NCBI RefSeq assembly: GCF_009914755.1
Contig: NC_060936.1
DNA: 64,000 nucleotides
Source: the human T2T-CHM13v2.0 reference genome, Homo sapiens
Reading direction: 5' to 3' (one strand)
Position 1 is the stretch's first letter. Each line of letters starts with the position of its first letter. Positions 24,976 through 41,425 of the stretch are shown here, piece by piece. Made by a program: the position numbers and the translations under genes. Below the pieces are notes generated by a model. It had not been told where the DNA came from and did no database searches. It saw only the letters and a list, made by a program, of their open reading frames with translations.

Positions 24976-27900
24976 GACATGAAGATGGTAAATGCAAATG
25001 AAAAGGTGCTTGTAATCATCGTCACTTAGGGAAATGCAGGCTAAACCACATGGAGATACTCCTGAATATTTATTAAAATAGCTAAAATTTAAAAGCCTGA
25101 CCATACCAACTGTTGGCTATGATGTGGAGCAACTGGAATTTTCATACTCTGGGAATATAAAATGGTCAAACATTTTGGGAAATGTTTTGACAGTTTCTTC
25201 AACCATTGAGCATATACCTACCATTCACACTAGGCATTCTACTCCTTAAATATGTATCTACAAGAAATAAAAGCACATATCCACACAAAGACTTGTACAT
25301 GAATGGTCATAGCAGATATATTTGTAATAGCCCAAATGTGGAAATAATCCAGTATCTGTCAGCAGATGAATGGATAAACAAATTGTGGTATATACAGTGT
25401 AATGCCACCCAGCTATATGAAAGGAATAAACTATAGTATGTAAACAACATGAATGAATCTCAAAATTATCATATTGATTAATAGAAGCCAGACAATAAAG
25501 AGTATATACCATATGATTCTAGTTTTCTAGCAAATGTAAACTTAACTACAGAGACAGCCATTAGTTTGCCTGGGAACAGTTGAGGAAGGGCAGGAAGAAA
25601 GTTGTACAAAGTCACAGGGAAACTTGTGGGTGATTACTATGTTTATTATCTTGATTGTGATGATGGTTTCATTAGGCATGCCAATTTTCCAAATTGTGTG
25701 CCTTAAATATGTGTCGTTTATTTTGTGTCAGTCTGTTTTTCTATAAAAGAGGGACCACTTCTGATATTATATGTTTGTTGGAACCATTTTTCCCCCTATG
25801 TCTCATATACTTCATATTTTTCAAAATATGAAATAGATAATTTGGGCTTCAATGTAGCGCTCTACATGTTTCATTTATAGCTGCTAAGGTGTAAGAGGGC
25901 CATCAATATTGAACTTGTAAGGATTACATTCAGATAATGTCTACTCTTACTCATTTTTCATTAATACTCATACAAATACAGAGTATGTAAACAACTTCAA
26001 CATTCCTAAATCTTTGATTTTAAAGAAATGTGAAACGCAATGGGATCATCTGGAAATATGAAACTGAACTATGATGAAAACCTTTTTTCTCATTTCTAAA
26101 AATTTGAATAGCACTTTATATTAGAGTCCTCTATTTACTTAAAATTTTATTTTGGAACATTTTATCTAGTTTAATAATTTCTATAGTTAATCAATTTTTA
26201 GTTTCCTTAAGTTCTTTTTGGAGCTAACCTGGTATATATTTATAAGTAAACACTTAATAGGTGAATATTTTGAATAGAGAAAATTACAAAGTTCTATATG
26301 AAGTTGATATATTTTCCTATGAAACTCAGATGCTTGATATTTATAAATAAGCAAATTTCTTTGATCACATAATTATTAAAGAGAAAAAGCTATCAAATGT
26401 AGTTTTACATTTCTAAAGGCAATATTTTCTCAAAAGGTAAAATCTAGGTGTGGTCTAAAGACACTGTCGGAGAAATAAAGGCAAGAAACTATGGTAGTGC
26501 CCTTACTAAAGCTTATTTTTCATATTTATTGAATGCCTGGCACTGTAGATAATGACATTTGTTAGGAAGATAAGAGTATTATTTAGTGGAGATCATCTTA
26601 TTATTAAGTTTTGTTATCCAGTAAATTGTGGATTTTTAACATTCAAAATATATTTCAAGAAAAAAAAATCACTTTGGACCAGACCTGACTTTGAAGAACG
26701 GTTTCAACAACTTAAAAATGACTAAAAAGCTTAAGCACCTATGATATTATTGATTATATTTTGATCAGTTATTTAAATAAATTGTTTACATGTTAGTAAA
26801 TATTATTTCCATTTCTAACATATGCTGAGGAAGGTATCTGAAATTATCGAGACCAATGAAACATGAAATTTTGAACATGAAAATTCACATATTTGTTATT
26901 CATAAATTTACAAGATCCAATTTCAGAAATAAAAAACTGGATTTTTTAGAAGGAAAGATCCTTTGCAAATAATAGGGCTGTAGCACTCTCACTAACAACT
27001 ACCTAATTTACTTTACATTTCATAGTGCAAAAACTTTCCAAGCATTTATAAATTGGGCGTTTGGTGGTGGAGTAGGGGAAGAGTGGTAACATTAGGGAAG
27101 CATGGATTTATCTATTAGTTACTGTGCATCACTATCATTACAGACTTCAGTGATGCATGAAATGAGAATACTTCATAAAGTTACACAAAATGCAAGCATT
27201 ATTGTCTATTTTATCTCCTGATGTCATCTGAATGATACCTGCATATATTTCTCCCAGTAGTCTATCAAACTATATTTTATTCTGTTTTATGAAGTTACCA
27301 AATTCAGATGTAATTTTTTTTAAAATTGAAAGTACTGATCAATACATTAGGCAGACTATTTTTAATTTGACCTTGGAATGATAAAAAAGTCATAAAGTGT
27401 CTGATTCTTGAAACAAAGTTTGATAAAAAGGTAAAGATAGGTCAAAATTGATTGCTTGTGTAACTGTGTTGATAAATTTAATGGTGTATTTACCCTGCTG
27501 CTTTTCCATAAGTTTTACATTTATGTGAAGAATTAATGTAAATTGATACCTATGCCTCCCTATGATCTAAAAACAAGTACAAATATACAGCCAAGTTAAC
27601 AAGAATAATTCACCATTCTCTTTCTGGAGACATTCTGCAGTAGTAATTCACATGTAATTTAGTATTTAATGAGGGTTATGCAACATATTGATTAAAGTTT
27701 TGAAGGTAGAAATGCGCTATCTTAATATTAAGGTGCCAGAATAATGTCCTCTAGGCTAGAGAAAGTAATTAATAGCATTTCAATTCAGGAAACAAGTCTC
27801 TTCCTTTTCACAAATGTATTATCTGGGTTTAGGACCTATTGTATCTCTTATTTGAACTTTTGCCTCAGTCTCCTATTTGTTTTCTCTGTTTTAATGTTGC

Positions 27901-28149
27901 CAGAATAATGTGATTTGCCAGATATGCTGGAATTATCTGATATTATTCTCTACTTAATGTCTTATTTTTTGCTCTTGTCTTTCTTCATGAGGAGTGCCTC
28001 AACTCCCTCCTCCCAAGTTACTGATTTCTTAACATGTTCTCTTTCTTACTTTTAAAAATCAGAAATTGCAGTATCTTATAGAATCAGATTGCTTGAATAT
28101 CCTTCAAGCTAGTGGCCTTAAAAACTTTATATCTAGCTTTTTAATGAAG

Positions 28150-28314
28150 TGTAAAAGCCAAAGACCACCGGAAACATGCCTGTAGTCAAAATTATGGAGA
28201 ACACACACCAAGAGTAACCGTGGGGCATCTCAGTGAGACGAGCTTTGGAGAGGCTTGTTATAAGATTTTGGCTTGTGTTTGGTGATTTTTGGAGGGTTTA
28301 AGAAAGCAAGAGTT
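28150..28314. mobile_element. Possible ERVL-class LTR fragment
   Basis: ggagaacacacacca..aaccgtggggcatctcagt...ataagattttggcttgtgtttggtgatt resembles old ERVL LTRs. Confidence 0.35.
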
Positions 28315-30112
28315 GGAGTGATGTTAGCCAGATGGCAGAATAGGAAGCACCAAATTCTCCTTTCCACACACATATGGATTTAACAATAGTAAAGAGGCCA
28401 AATGCCTCTGTGAGAAATCCAAGAACCATTTAAAATGTTCCTGCAACCCAGGAGAGCATGAAGCCAAGCACATCAAAGCCCAGTAGAAAAATAAATTGGT
28501 GACACTCTCACCAGAACCCCTTCTTCCAGCATGGTACTGTGTGATGGAGAGGAAACCCTCAACTCCCATCTTATCTCTGGGAGGGAAATGAGTAGAATGT
28601 ATGTCCAGTATTCTGACCTTTAGGGTGGCTGCCCAAGGACCGGTTTCTGTCTTGCCCAAATCCAAGTACTGACAAGAACCAGGCCTCATATTGAAGCTCT
28701 GAAAACAGACTATCAAAATGCTCAGGAGTATGCATTACCAAAGAGATACTCTAGATAAAGCTCCAGTGTCATGGCTCACTATGGTATTCAAGAAGCTGCA
28801 GTAGACAGATCCAGAGTGAACTTTGAAGAAGAAACAAGCAATCCTCTTCAACTAGGAGATAACATACACAAACCAAGAGAGGATCCATACCCAGAAAGGC
28901 TGGGGAGATCTTCAGAATCCCTATATGGAATGAGTGGAGAAAGCCTATCCTGTGTGAAAGCAGTCTGGGAAAGTTGACTGATTCTTCAGATGCCAGAAAT
29001 CCCAACAAAAAATAATGACACAAAGAAATGGAAACATGGCACATTTAAAAGACCAAATTAAATCTTCAGACATTGACTCCTTAAAACAGTGGTATTAATT
29101 GCGAGAAAAAGAATGCAAAATTATCATCATAAGGACACTCAATGAATTAGAACATGGATAAACAACTAAACAGAATTAGGAAAACAATGCATAAAGAAAA
29201 TGGGAATAGCAATACAGAAAAATGATGAAGAAAAAACAACCACATTGTGTAAATGGAGAATACAATAACCAAATTGAAAAATTCACTGCAGGGATTCAAC
29301 AGCAGACTTAACCAGGCAGAAGAAAGGATCAGTAAACTTGAAGGCAAACTTTTGAAATTACTGAGGCAGAGGAGCAGAAAAAAAAAGAATGAAGAAAAAT
29401 GAAGAGAGCCTAAGGGACACATGGGATACCATAAAGTGAAAAAACATATGCATTATGGAAGTCCCAGGAGAGAGCTAAAGTGGCAGAGAACCTATTTGAA
29501 GAAATAATGGTTGAAAATTTCCCAAATCTGAGGAGAGAAATGAACATACAAATTCAAGAAGCTCAAAGAACTCCAACTAAGATAAATCTAAAGAGACTTA
29601 GACCAAGGCACATTATAATCAGATTTTCAAAAGTCACAAAGAATCTTGAAAGCAGAAGGAGAAAAATAACTCATTACATGTAAATGAGTTCCTATTAGAT
29701 TATCAGCAGATTTCTCAGCAGAAACCTTGCAGGCTAAAAGGGAGTGGGATGATATATTAAAAGTACTGGAGGGGGAAAAAAAAAAAAACCTGCCATGCAA
29801 GACTACTACATCTGGCAAAACTGTCCCTCAAAAACAAAGGAGAAACTAAGACTTTCCCAGACAAAAAGTTCATCAATACTGAGGGAGTTCATTATCACTA
29901 GACCTTCCCAACAAGAAGTGCTGAAGAGAGTCTGACAAGTTGAAGCAAAGGACAACAAACAGCAACACAAAACCATATGAGAATTAAAACTTCCTGGTAT
30001 AGGTAAATACATAGGCATATATAGAATTCTGTAGTGTAGTAATGTAGGTACGTAAATCACTTAAATCTGGCATAACATCTTTTTAAAAAAGCACAAAAAT
30101 TGTTATAAAGTT

Positions 30113-30250
30113 AAGCAGGATGATAAGCTCTAGAGATCTGCTGCACAACATTGTACCTATAGTAAACAATAATGTATTATATACTTAAAAATTTGTTAAT
30201 AGGGTAGATCACATGTTAACTGTTTTACCACAATAAAATTTAAAAAGAAA
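30113..30250 (+). mobile_element. Short L1MA/L1MB-type 3' terminus inserted between ORF1 and ORF2 of the host L1
   Basis: ataagctctagagatctgctgcacaacattgtacctatagt...agggtagatcacatgtt...accacaataaaa. Confidence 0.75.
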
Positions 30251-30516
30251 AGTAATCATAAATTAATATTATTGAATTTGCAATATAAAACAGGAAATTG
30301 TCATCAATAACATAAAAAGGGATGCAGAGATATAAAGAAGTAAGAGTTTTTATATATGATTGAAGTTATCAGGTTAAAATACATTTTTATAACTTTAAGA
30401 TGTTTTATGTAACCAGTGTAATAATAATTAACAAAATAGCAATTGTAAGTCTTCTTCTGTTAATAATTACTTTAAATGTAAATGGATCAAATGTATCAGT
30501 TAAAAGAAATAGTTTG

Positions 30517-30678
30517 CAACTACTTGGGAGGCTGAGGCAGGAGGATCACTTGAGCCCAAGAGTTCAAGGCTACAGTGTGCCATGGTCTTGCCTATGAATA
30601 ACCACTACACTCCAGCCTGGGTGACATAGTGAGACTCCCCTCTCTCAAGAAAAAGCACCCCAAAACAACCCCCAAAAC
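30517..30678 (+). mobile_element. FAM (fossil Alu monomer), 5'-truncated
   Basis: Retains the 7SL-derived gcctatgaataaccactacactccagcctggg segment that dimeric Alus lack. TSD aatagtttg at 30508-30516 / 30679-30687. Confidence 0.8.
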
Positions 30679-30991
30679 AATAGTTTGGTTGAATGCATGA
30701 ACAAGATCTTTATACTGTCTACAAGGGGCTCCTTTTAGATCTAAGGACATGCAGACCAAAAGTAAAAGAGTGAAAAGATATTCCATGCAAATGGAAATCT
30801 AAAGGAGAGCAGGGACAGCCATACTTATATCAGACAAAACAGACTTTGAGACAAAAACTGTAACGAGATAAAAAAGGATATTATATAATAATAAAAGGTT
30901 AAAGTCACCCAAATGATATAACAATTATACATGCACCTAACAGAACAACCAGATATATGAAGCAAACATTGATAGAACTGAAGGGGAAATT

Positions 30992-31027
<36 letters not shown>
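30992..31027. repeat. (AAC)12 microsatellite inside L1 ORF2
   Basis: Read directly from the sequence. Confidence 0.95.
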
Positions 31028-31029
<2 letters not shown>

Positions 31030-33404
31030 AAACAAGACCAAGGAACTTTAATACTTCACTTTCAGTTATGAATAGAACAATTAGACAAAAGATCAATAAA
31101 GGAGCAGGACTTGAACAACACTATAGACCAATTGGACGTGACAGATATATATACAGAACGCTCCACCTAACAACAGAAGAATACATACTTTTTTCTAGTG
31201 CACATGAAACACTCTCCAAGATAGATCACATAGTAAGTCTTAATACACTTAAGAAGACTGAAATCATACAAAGTATCTTCTCTGACCACAGTGAAATAAA
31301 ACTAGAAATCCATAGCAGAAGGAAAAAAAATGCACATATGGATACAAAAATTGAACAACGTATTTTTAAACAATCAATGGGTCAAAGAAAAAATGACAAG
31401 GGAATGTAAAAAGAAATATTTTGGAGACAAATAAAAATGAAAACACAACATACCAAAACTTATGGGATGCAGCAAAGCAGTTCTAAGACGGAAATTTATA
31501 GTGGTAGACGCTTACATTAAAAAAAAAATCTCAAATCAATAACCTAACCTTATAACCAAAGGAACTAGAAAAACAAGAGCACACCAAACCGAGATTTAGC
31601 TGAAGAAAAGAAATAAAGATTAGGTCAGAGATAAATGTGATATCAAATAGAAAAAAAATCAATGACGCCAAGAGTTGGGTTTTATTCACCAATAAATTGA
31701 ATAACCTAGAAAAAATGAATTCCTAGAAACATAAAATCTACCAAGACTGACTCATAAAGAAACAGAAAATTTGAATAGATCTGTAAAACTAGTGAGAAGA
31801 TTAAAGCAGTCATCAAAAACCTTTCCACAAAGGAAAATCCAAGACCAGATGGATTCATTGGATAATTCTTCCAAACGTTTAAAGAAGAATTAGTATCACT
31901 TCTACTCAAACTCTTTTAAAAGAATAAAAAGAGGGAGTACTTCTAAACTCATTCAGTGAAGCTAGAATTAAACTGATATCCCAATCAAAGACAAGAAAAC
32001 TAGAGACCAACAAAACTGATTAATGTTGATGCAAAAATACTAAACAAAATAATAGCAAACCAAATTTTAAAAAATAGCAAGCCAAATTCAGCAATGCATT
32101 AAAAGTATCATATATCATGATCAAATGAATTTATACGTGACACAAGGATAGTCCAACATACAAAAATCAATGTGTAATATGCCACATAAAATGAAGAACA
32201 AAATTGTGTTCACCTCAATTGATACAGAAAAAACTCTAGACAAAATCCAACATCCTTTCATAATAGAAATACCCTACAAACTAAGAATAGAAGGAAACTA
32301 CCTCAACATAATGAAAGTCATCCTTGAAAAGTCCATAACTAACATTATACTCATTGATGAAAGACTGAAAGATTTTTCTTTAAATCAGAAACAAGGCAAG
32401 AACGCCCACTCTCACCATTGCTGTTCAACATAGTATTGAAAGTTCTAGCCAGGGCAATTAGAGAAGAAAAAGAAATAAAAGGCATCCAAATGGAAAAAGA
32501 AGTAAAATTATCTCTGTTCAGAGATGACATGGTCTTATATGTAGAAAACCTTAAGGATCTCACAAAAAAAATCATTACTAATAAACAATTCCAGCAAAAT
32601 TGCAGGATACAAAGTCTCCGTGCATATATCAGTTGCTTTTCTACACACCACCACCAAGAAATCCACAAAGGAAATTAAGAAAACAATTGCGTTTATGTAG
32701 CATCAATAGGGATAAAGTACTTAGGAATAAATTAACCAAGGAGGCAAAAGACTTGTATACTGAAAGCTACAAAACATTGCTAAAAGAAATCAAAGAGTAT
32801 AGAAATAAATGGAAAGACATACAGTGCTCACAGATTTAAGACTTAATAAATGCTAAAATGTCCATACTACCCAAAGCAATGTACAGATTTGATACAATTC
32901 CTATGAAAATCCCAATGGAACTTTTTGCAGAAATAGAAAAAGTTACCCTAAAATTCATATGGAATCTCAAGGGTTTGAATAGAAAAAAAAAAAATCTTAA
33001 AAAAGGAACAAAGTTGGAGCTATTACACTTCCTGATTTCAGACATACTACAATGCAACAGTATTTAGTGTTTCTGGCATAAAAATATATAAACCAGTGGA
33101 ACAGAGCAGAGAGCCAAGAAATAAACTCTTGCATATATGGCCAAATATAGGGCCAAGACTACAAAATGAGAAGACGACAGTTTCTTCAACAAATGGTGTT
33201 GGAAAAACTGAATATTCACATGCAAAACAATGAAGCTGGACCTTTACCTTCCACCATATACAAAAATTAAAATGGATTAAAGTCCAAACTGTAAGACAGA
33301 AAATTATTAAATTCCCAGAATAAAATATTGAGGATAAACCTTGGGCCACTGGATTTGACAACGATTCCTTAGATATGACATCAAAAGCACAGGCAATAAA
33401 ATTA

Positions 33405-36159
<2,755 letters not shown>

Positions 36160-36197
36160 TGTATGAGTCCATTCTCATGCTGCTATAAAGAACTGCC
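36160..36197 (-). mobile_element. 38-bp terminal remnant of a THE1/MST LTR
   Basis: tgtatgagtccattctcatgctgctataaagaactgcc closely matches the reverse-complemented THE1/MST LTR end. Confidence 0.7.
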
Positions 36198-36239
36198 AGC
36201 AGTCATTCTCATTAAGATGAGAGACCACTGGACCTAACG

Positions 36240-36820
36240 TAGATTATAGATCAGAAGATCCTAAACTTTGAACCTAATGCTGTGATTAGGTGTGACTTTT
36301 GAGAAGTGATGGATGGGAGTGGGCATATATTGCATTTAGGAGGAACATGGATAGTCATTGCCTGTGGGGCAGACTGTGTTATGTTGCATTTTTATCTCCA
36401 ATCCTTCATCCATACTGTATTCCTGTCCTTTGCCATTTGACTTTATTGTTTCTACTACTAAAGAGGTGGAATATATTTTCTCCACTCTGTGATTTTGAGT
36501 TTGGTCATGTGGCTTTCTTTGGCCAATAAAGGAAAAATGACGGTGTGCCAGTTCCAAGCCTAGAACTGATGAGGTCTTGTATGTATCACCTGCTCTTTTG
36601 TACGTCTGACATGGACATTAAAAGATCACACACATACACACAAAGCTCACTTGGCTAGCTGCTGGTCTCACAAAGAAGATGAGAAACAAGTGAAGCAGAG
36701 ATGTCTCGGCCAAGGTCTAAGCCAAACCCAGCCAGAGCAGTCCAGCTAAGAATAAACACACCATTATATGCCACTAAGATTTTTTGTAGCCTTTTTATTA
36801 TGCAGAAATAGGTAAACTTC
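36240..36820 (+). mobile_element. MLT1 internal 3' end plus MLT1(G/H-like) LTR starting at ~36375
   Basis: tattgcatttaggaggaacatg...ggggcagac|tgtg junction. LTR motifs tttggtcatgtggctttctttggccaat and gtgtgccagttccaagcctag. Confidence 0.7.
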
Positions 36821-38295
36821 TTGACTAATCTCTATCCCAGCTGTTGTGGTTTAGAGCTTCATCATACCTTACTGAGATTTTTCCAAGAGCCTGCTAACTA
36901 GATATTCTATTTTCCCCTTTAGCTTCTTGTCTGTTGTGTACACCTTACTAGAGTTGTCTTCTTCAAATGCAAACGTAATTGTCCACAAGAAACATCCATG
37001 GTCCTTGGTATATGGCCTCCTGATCCTTCCTTGAAAATGTATCTCTTACTATTCCACATACCCTGCACTCTCATATTCCAGTCTCAGGTTCCACAGAAGG
37101 TCATCCTTGTTCGTGTCTCTGAGCCATCACCTTCCCTATTTTCTCTGTCTGGAAAACTCTACAAATCCTTCAGGACACTTCCTACATGTCACCTCTTTTG
37201 TGATATTTTTCCTTGACCTAAAGGCAATGTTGAACACATGTAAAGATTGTTGTAAATTATTGATTTCTGTGCGGTGTATATGGTATTCTTGATAAACCTG
37301 AAATTTGATTAATCATAATCCTTCCTTGTTTACGCATCAAATAATAGCATTTATAGTAGTAGAATAAATTATGAACATAGAAAAATGACAACAATATTTG
37401 AAGATAGTTGACATGCCCTTGATGTGTAGATATTGCGATGTGTAGATACATTGAAGTGAAATCTGACAACCAGCACACTTAAAATTAAAATGTCAAAAAT
37501 CAATTATGCTTCACTTTGCATTCAGACAAATTGAACTTTTCAAAATTTACTTGAAGCACATCTTATGTCAAAAGACACCTACTCTATTTTTTGAATACTA
37601 GTAAAAAGAGAAAACATTTTATTTCTCATTTGAAAAATGATCATCATACTAAATCTTTATCTGCCAAAATGAGACTGAAGAATATCAGAATGTCTAAATA
37701 TTGCTGTAGTGATTGAACTCTCTTTTACAAAGTTGACAAAGAACAAAGTTGTCTAAATTTAATAGTAGAAAATTGCTGGAACATCTGCCACACAAAGGAC
37801 CCTGTGAAGAAGAAGCCTTGGAATATAGGTGCGAGCAGATCAGAACGAGTTTTGTATGACATGGGTAAGTTTAGACTTTATCTACTAAGCAGAGGCACAT
37901 TTGCTTGTACATTACACCATGAGGAGAGCAGCTATCTCTGTCCTCACTCTTCTTGTTAGAAGATAAGCAGATTCTTAAATAGGGCCACCATCTTCAACTT
38001 TGTTAGGTAAATGTAGCTGACACTCATTTTGTATTTCAGGCTTGGCTTTTTAAGTTTGAAAGGAGAATAGCATATCCTCTGAGTACGGGTATAAAATGAT
38101 TTTGGTAGGTGAGTAGTATATCTGAGATTTGTAAGGTTGGCTTTGTTGGAGTTTCTTTCAAGATTAATGGTAGGTAATATTCAAAAGCATTTTCCCCTAG
38201 TTTGGGCAATGCCTGCAGGAGATTCTATTTCAACCTATGCATCAGTAGACATGTTTCAACTGACAGGGCCCTCTTTTGTTCCCTCACCTTCATCT

Positions 38296-38960
38296 TTCAT
38301 CATTCGTTCATTCATTTAGTGGACAGTAGTCACCGCCTATGTGCTAAACACTGAGGATCGTACGGAAAAGCATGCCCATTGAGTACAGAAGACAGATATA
38401 TCAATAAAATAAAAACGTGCTAGGAGCAGGGAATGAATATACACACAGGGTGTCATGGAGGCAGCAGAGAGGGATATTACATGCAACCCGAAAAGGCAGA
38501 GTGATATCTGAGAAGGCTTTATAGAGGCAGTAGGAGGTAGAATAGAAGGTAAAAGATGTGAGCCGAGGATTAGAGATGAGTAGAAATAGGCCTGGTGAAG
38601 AGGGAGAGGAAGGAGGTTGCTATTTCAGAGAGGAGGCTGGAGATGTCACGCACAGGATCTGCAAGAGCCAGGAGGGCAAGATATAGGTTGCAGAGATGAA
38701 CCAGGTCAGCTCACCAGCAGCCTTTGGTGCAGGCCAAGGCACTAGGATTCCTTTCTGAGGACAAACAGGAACCAATCTAAGGTTTTAAGCAGGTTGTAAC
38801 ATGATCAAATTTAGAAAGATAATTCTGACCACAGTGAGGAGAATGGATTTGAAAGGAATTAAACCAAGGGCAGGGAGGAGATTGTTCAATAGACCAGGTA
38901 AGAAATGGGCCTGAACCAGCAAAACAATGGAGCAAATGTTTAGAAGATAAAATAAGCAGA
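38296..38960 (-). mobile_element. L2 LINE 3' portion
   Basis: ttcattcattt...cctatgtgctaaacactg start and purine-rich L2 antisense motifs (ggttttaagcagg..acatgatcaaattt). Confidence 0.7.
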
Positions 38961-40213
38961 CCCTGATTAAATATAGTGGATAAATATAGTGAATAAACTG
39001 AAATGCATCTAGAAGCTACCTGTTAAACATCAGGTGGTCTATTGGTTTGAGAAGTCACTTTTATGCTTAATAATTTTCCCACTAGCTCTAGTTTTCAGAG
39101 TTTTAAGCATTAAAGATATGTACAGGAATAACAGCTTCAAAAATCTATTGAGCTCTCCTCTCCTTTATGAAGCTATAGATGTGAGTTGTTATGACTTATT
39201 TTTGACTACTGACTCATCTTTTAGTGTGGGGGTTAAACTATAACATGGTTGGAGAGGATTAGCCTTCTTTTCTACTGTTGCATCTTTTTCTCTGGTACTT
39301 TATTTCAGAGTTCCAATGCCATTTTTCATAAGCAATCTAGGTTTCAAATTACCCTTGCCAGGTTTTTGTACAGGGGGTATTAGCTTCTTAACAAAATTAT
39401 CTTAAACAATAAATGTTTATCAAGTCTAGAGTATTAGTTGAGAAGAATGTTATAATGTTATGAAAGATGAAAAGAATGTCATAAAGTTATAAGGAATGCT
39501 ACAAACTTATAATGTTATAAAATAAATGTATGTAAACATATGTGTTTATTATCTGCTTGTGAATTCATTTTGTAATCAAGATGAGCAATATAACCTGAAA
39601 CATAATATTTTCATTTAAAATTATCATAGAGGTTCTGAATCCCCTCTTGCTCTTATTATATGTAAATTGATCATATCAGTCATAGCAATGATTTATTTGA
39701 TACTGGGTCATCAACTCCCTATTATAAATTATTCATATGGGAAGATACTGACTCAGATTGCAAAGGCAAGGACCACACTGCGATAAAAACAGGCTGTTGA
39801 CTACTTTATGTGCCATCGTGTGTTGTGCAGTAAATGTGCTCTCCTATTTGTTTCGTTATGGCTGTGTTTTGATCCCTAAAGCTGCTACATTTCTGATTTG
39901 TTTTTTTCTTTATCTGAGAGCAACTGGTTCATTAAAATCCAACAACAACAAAAAGAAAAAACCTGCTAAGAATGTGTCTGAACAACAATAACCAAGTTAC
40001 ACATCCTACTGTAAAGTAAAGCACATCAAGGTGAAGTATTATATTGTTGCTTTACATTATCTGGGAGTTGGCTAGAAACACATTTAAATTTTGTTCTAAC
40101 TAGTGTATTCTGTCAGTTAAATATCTAAAGGGTTAGTTATTTAAGCCATTTTGACAAAATGTAAAAAACACATGACAACACAACAGTAAAAACATCTGAT
40201 CTAACTTAAAGTC

Positions 40214-40825
40214 TGTATTCATGTTTTATTTTTGTATAATAAATCACACAAAACTTAGAATCTTCAAACAACTCACATAGATTATCACAGTTTCTCTAGA
40301 TCAAGAGTCTGGAATGGCTCAACGATCTACTCAGGGTCTCACAGGGCCACAATTAAGGTGTTGGCCAGGGCTGCATTCTCATCTGGCTGCTCGACTGGGG
40401 AGAAATTAATTTCTGAGGTCATTCAGGTTGTTGGCAGAATTCATTTCCTTATGGCCGCATGACTGCGGGTCCTGGATTTTTGCTGGCTGTCAGCTGGAGG
40501 CCAGCTGAAGTTTTTGACATTTGAGCTTCTCCAACATGGCTGGCTACATTATCAACCTAGTAAGGAGAGTTTCTTGCTTTTGGGAGGGTCCAGTTTCTCT
40601 TTTGAAGACTCATACCTGAATAAATCAATCACTACATCCAGGATAATCTCCCTTTCAATAAGTCAAAAGCAACTGATTTATGACAGCGATTACATCAGGA
40701 AAATTCCTTCACCTTTGTCATATTGTTTTGGCTAAGAGTAAGTCACAGGTTCCACCCCAAATCAAGGGAGGGCATGAACACAGGGAGCAGGATTCAGAGG
40801 GGCTGTCCTAGGATCTATCCAGCCA
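40214..40825 (-). mobile_element. MaLR LTR (MLT1 family)
   Basis: aaatcacacaaaacttag..ttcaaacaac..attatcacagtttct...aaggtgttggccagggctgcattctcatctgg. Confidence 0.75.
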
Positions 40826-40989
40826 GAGTTACTTTACAAGACACTCCTCTTGTTTTATCTTACAATACGGTAACATTTGATTACGAAGTTACATGTTTCC
40901 TTTTAGTATGAAGGAAGAGAATAGTCAGTTGGGGCTGAACCTATCAATTGTGTCCAGGGATAATGCCATGGACATTTTGTTTGGACCCC

Positions 40990-41425
40990 CTGCCTCTGCC
41001 CAGGCTCTTTGTGCCAGACACGTTGGACCATTTGCTCTTCCCCAAACACATCAGGTTTGGGGACATGTTTCATCACGACTTACCATTGCATGAATGCTTA
41101 TGCATGAACATCTTCCCTTTCCCATTCTTACTCATTTTTTCAAGACCTAGCGAAAATGACACACTCTATATTGGAACTTTGCTGACTTTCTCAGGCAGAG
41201 ATAGCTATTACCTTCTTTGTTCTCATAATCATTTGCAGAAGTCATTTTCATACCAGCTTTTCTCTGAGGCTGAAGCTGTTTTTTTGTAGGCCTGATTCCC
41301 TGCTTCCTTTGTATCAGGAATCGAGGTTTACTCTGTTCCGTATCTCCAGTCCTGTATCGCCAGCACAGGACTTAGTACAGCGTAGATACTCCATAAATTA
41401 AATTTAAATGAATGAATAAAGAATG
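40990..41425 (+). mobile_element. L2 3' end
   Basis: Ends in cagcacaggacttagtacagcgtagatactccataaat...aatgaatgaataaa. Confidence 0.6.

Larger units (their letters stand above)
21490..25735 (+). mobile_element. Fragmented old L1M element (ORF1 C-terminus, ORF2 pieces, 3'UTR), interrupted by three Alu monomers
   Basis: ORF2 remnants such as SIDAERAFDKTQH at 23423. L1 3' motifs gatgaatggataaacaaattgtggtatata and tatcttgattgtgatgatggtttca. Confidence 0.85.

Noticed and set aside
29480-33067. ORFs with reverse transcriptase, endonuclease or ORF1p similarity as a possible novel RT system
   Set aside because: They are frameshifted remnants of an ordinary dead L1, with no intact ORF2.
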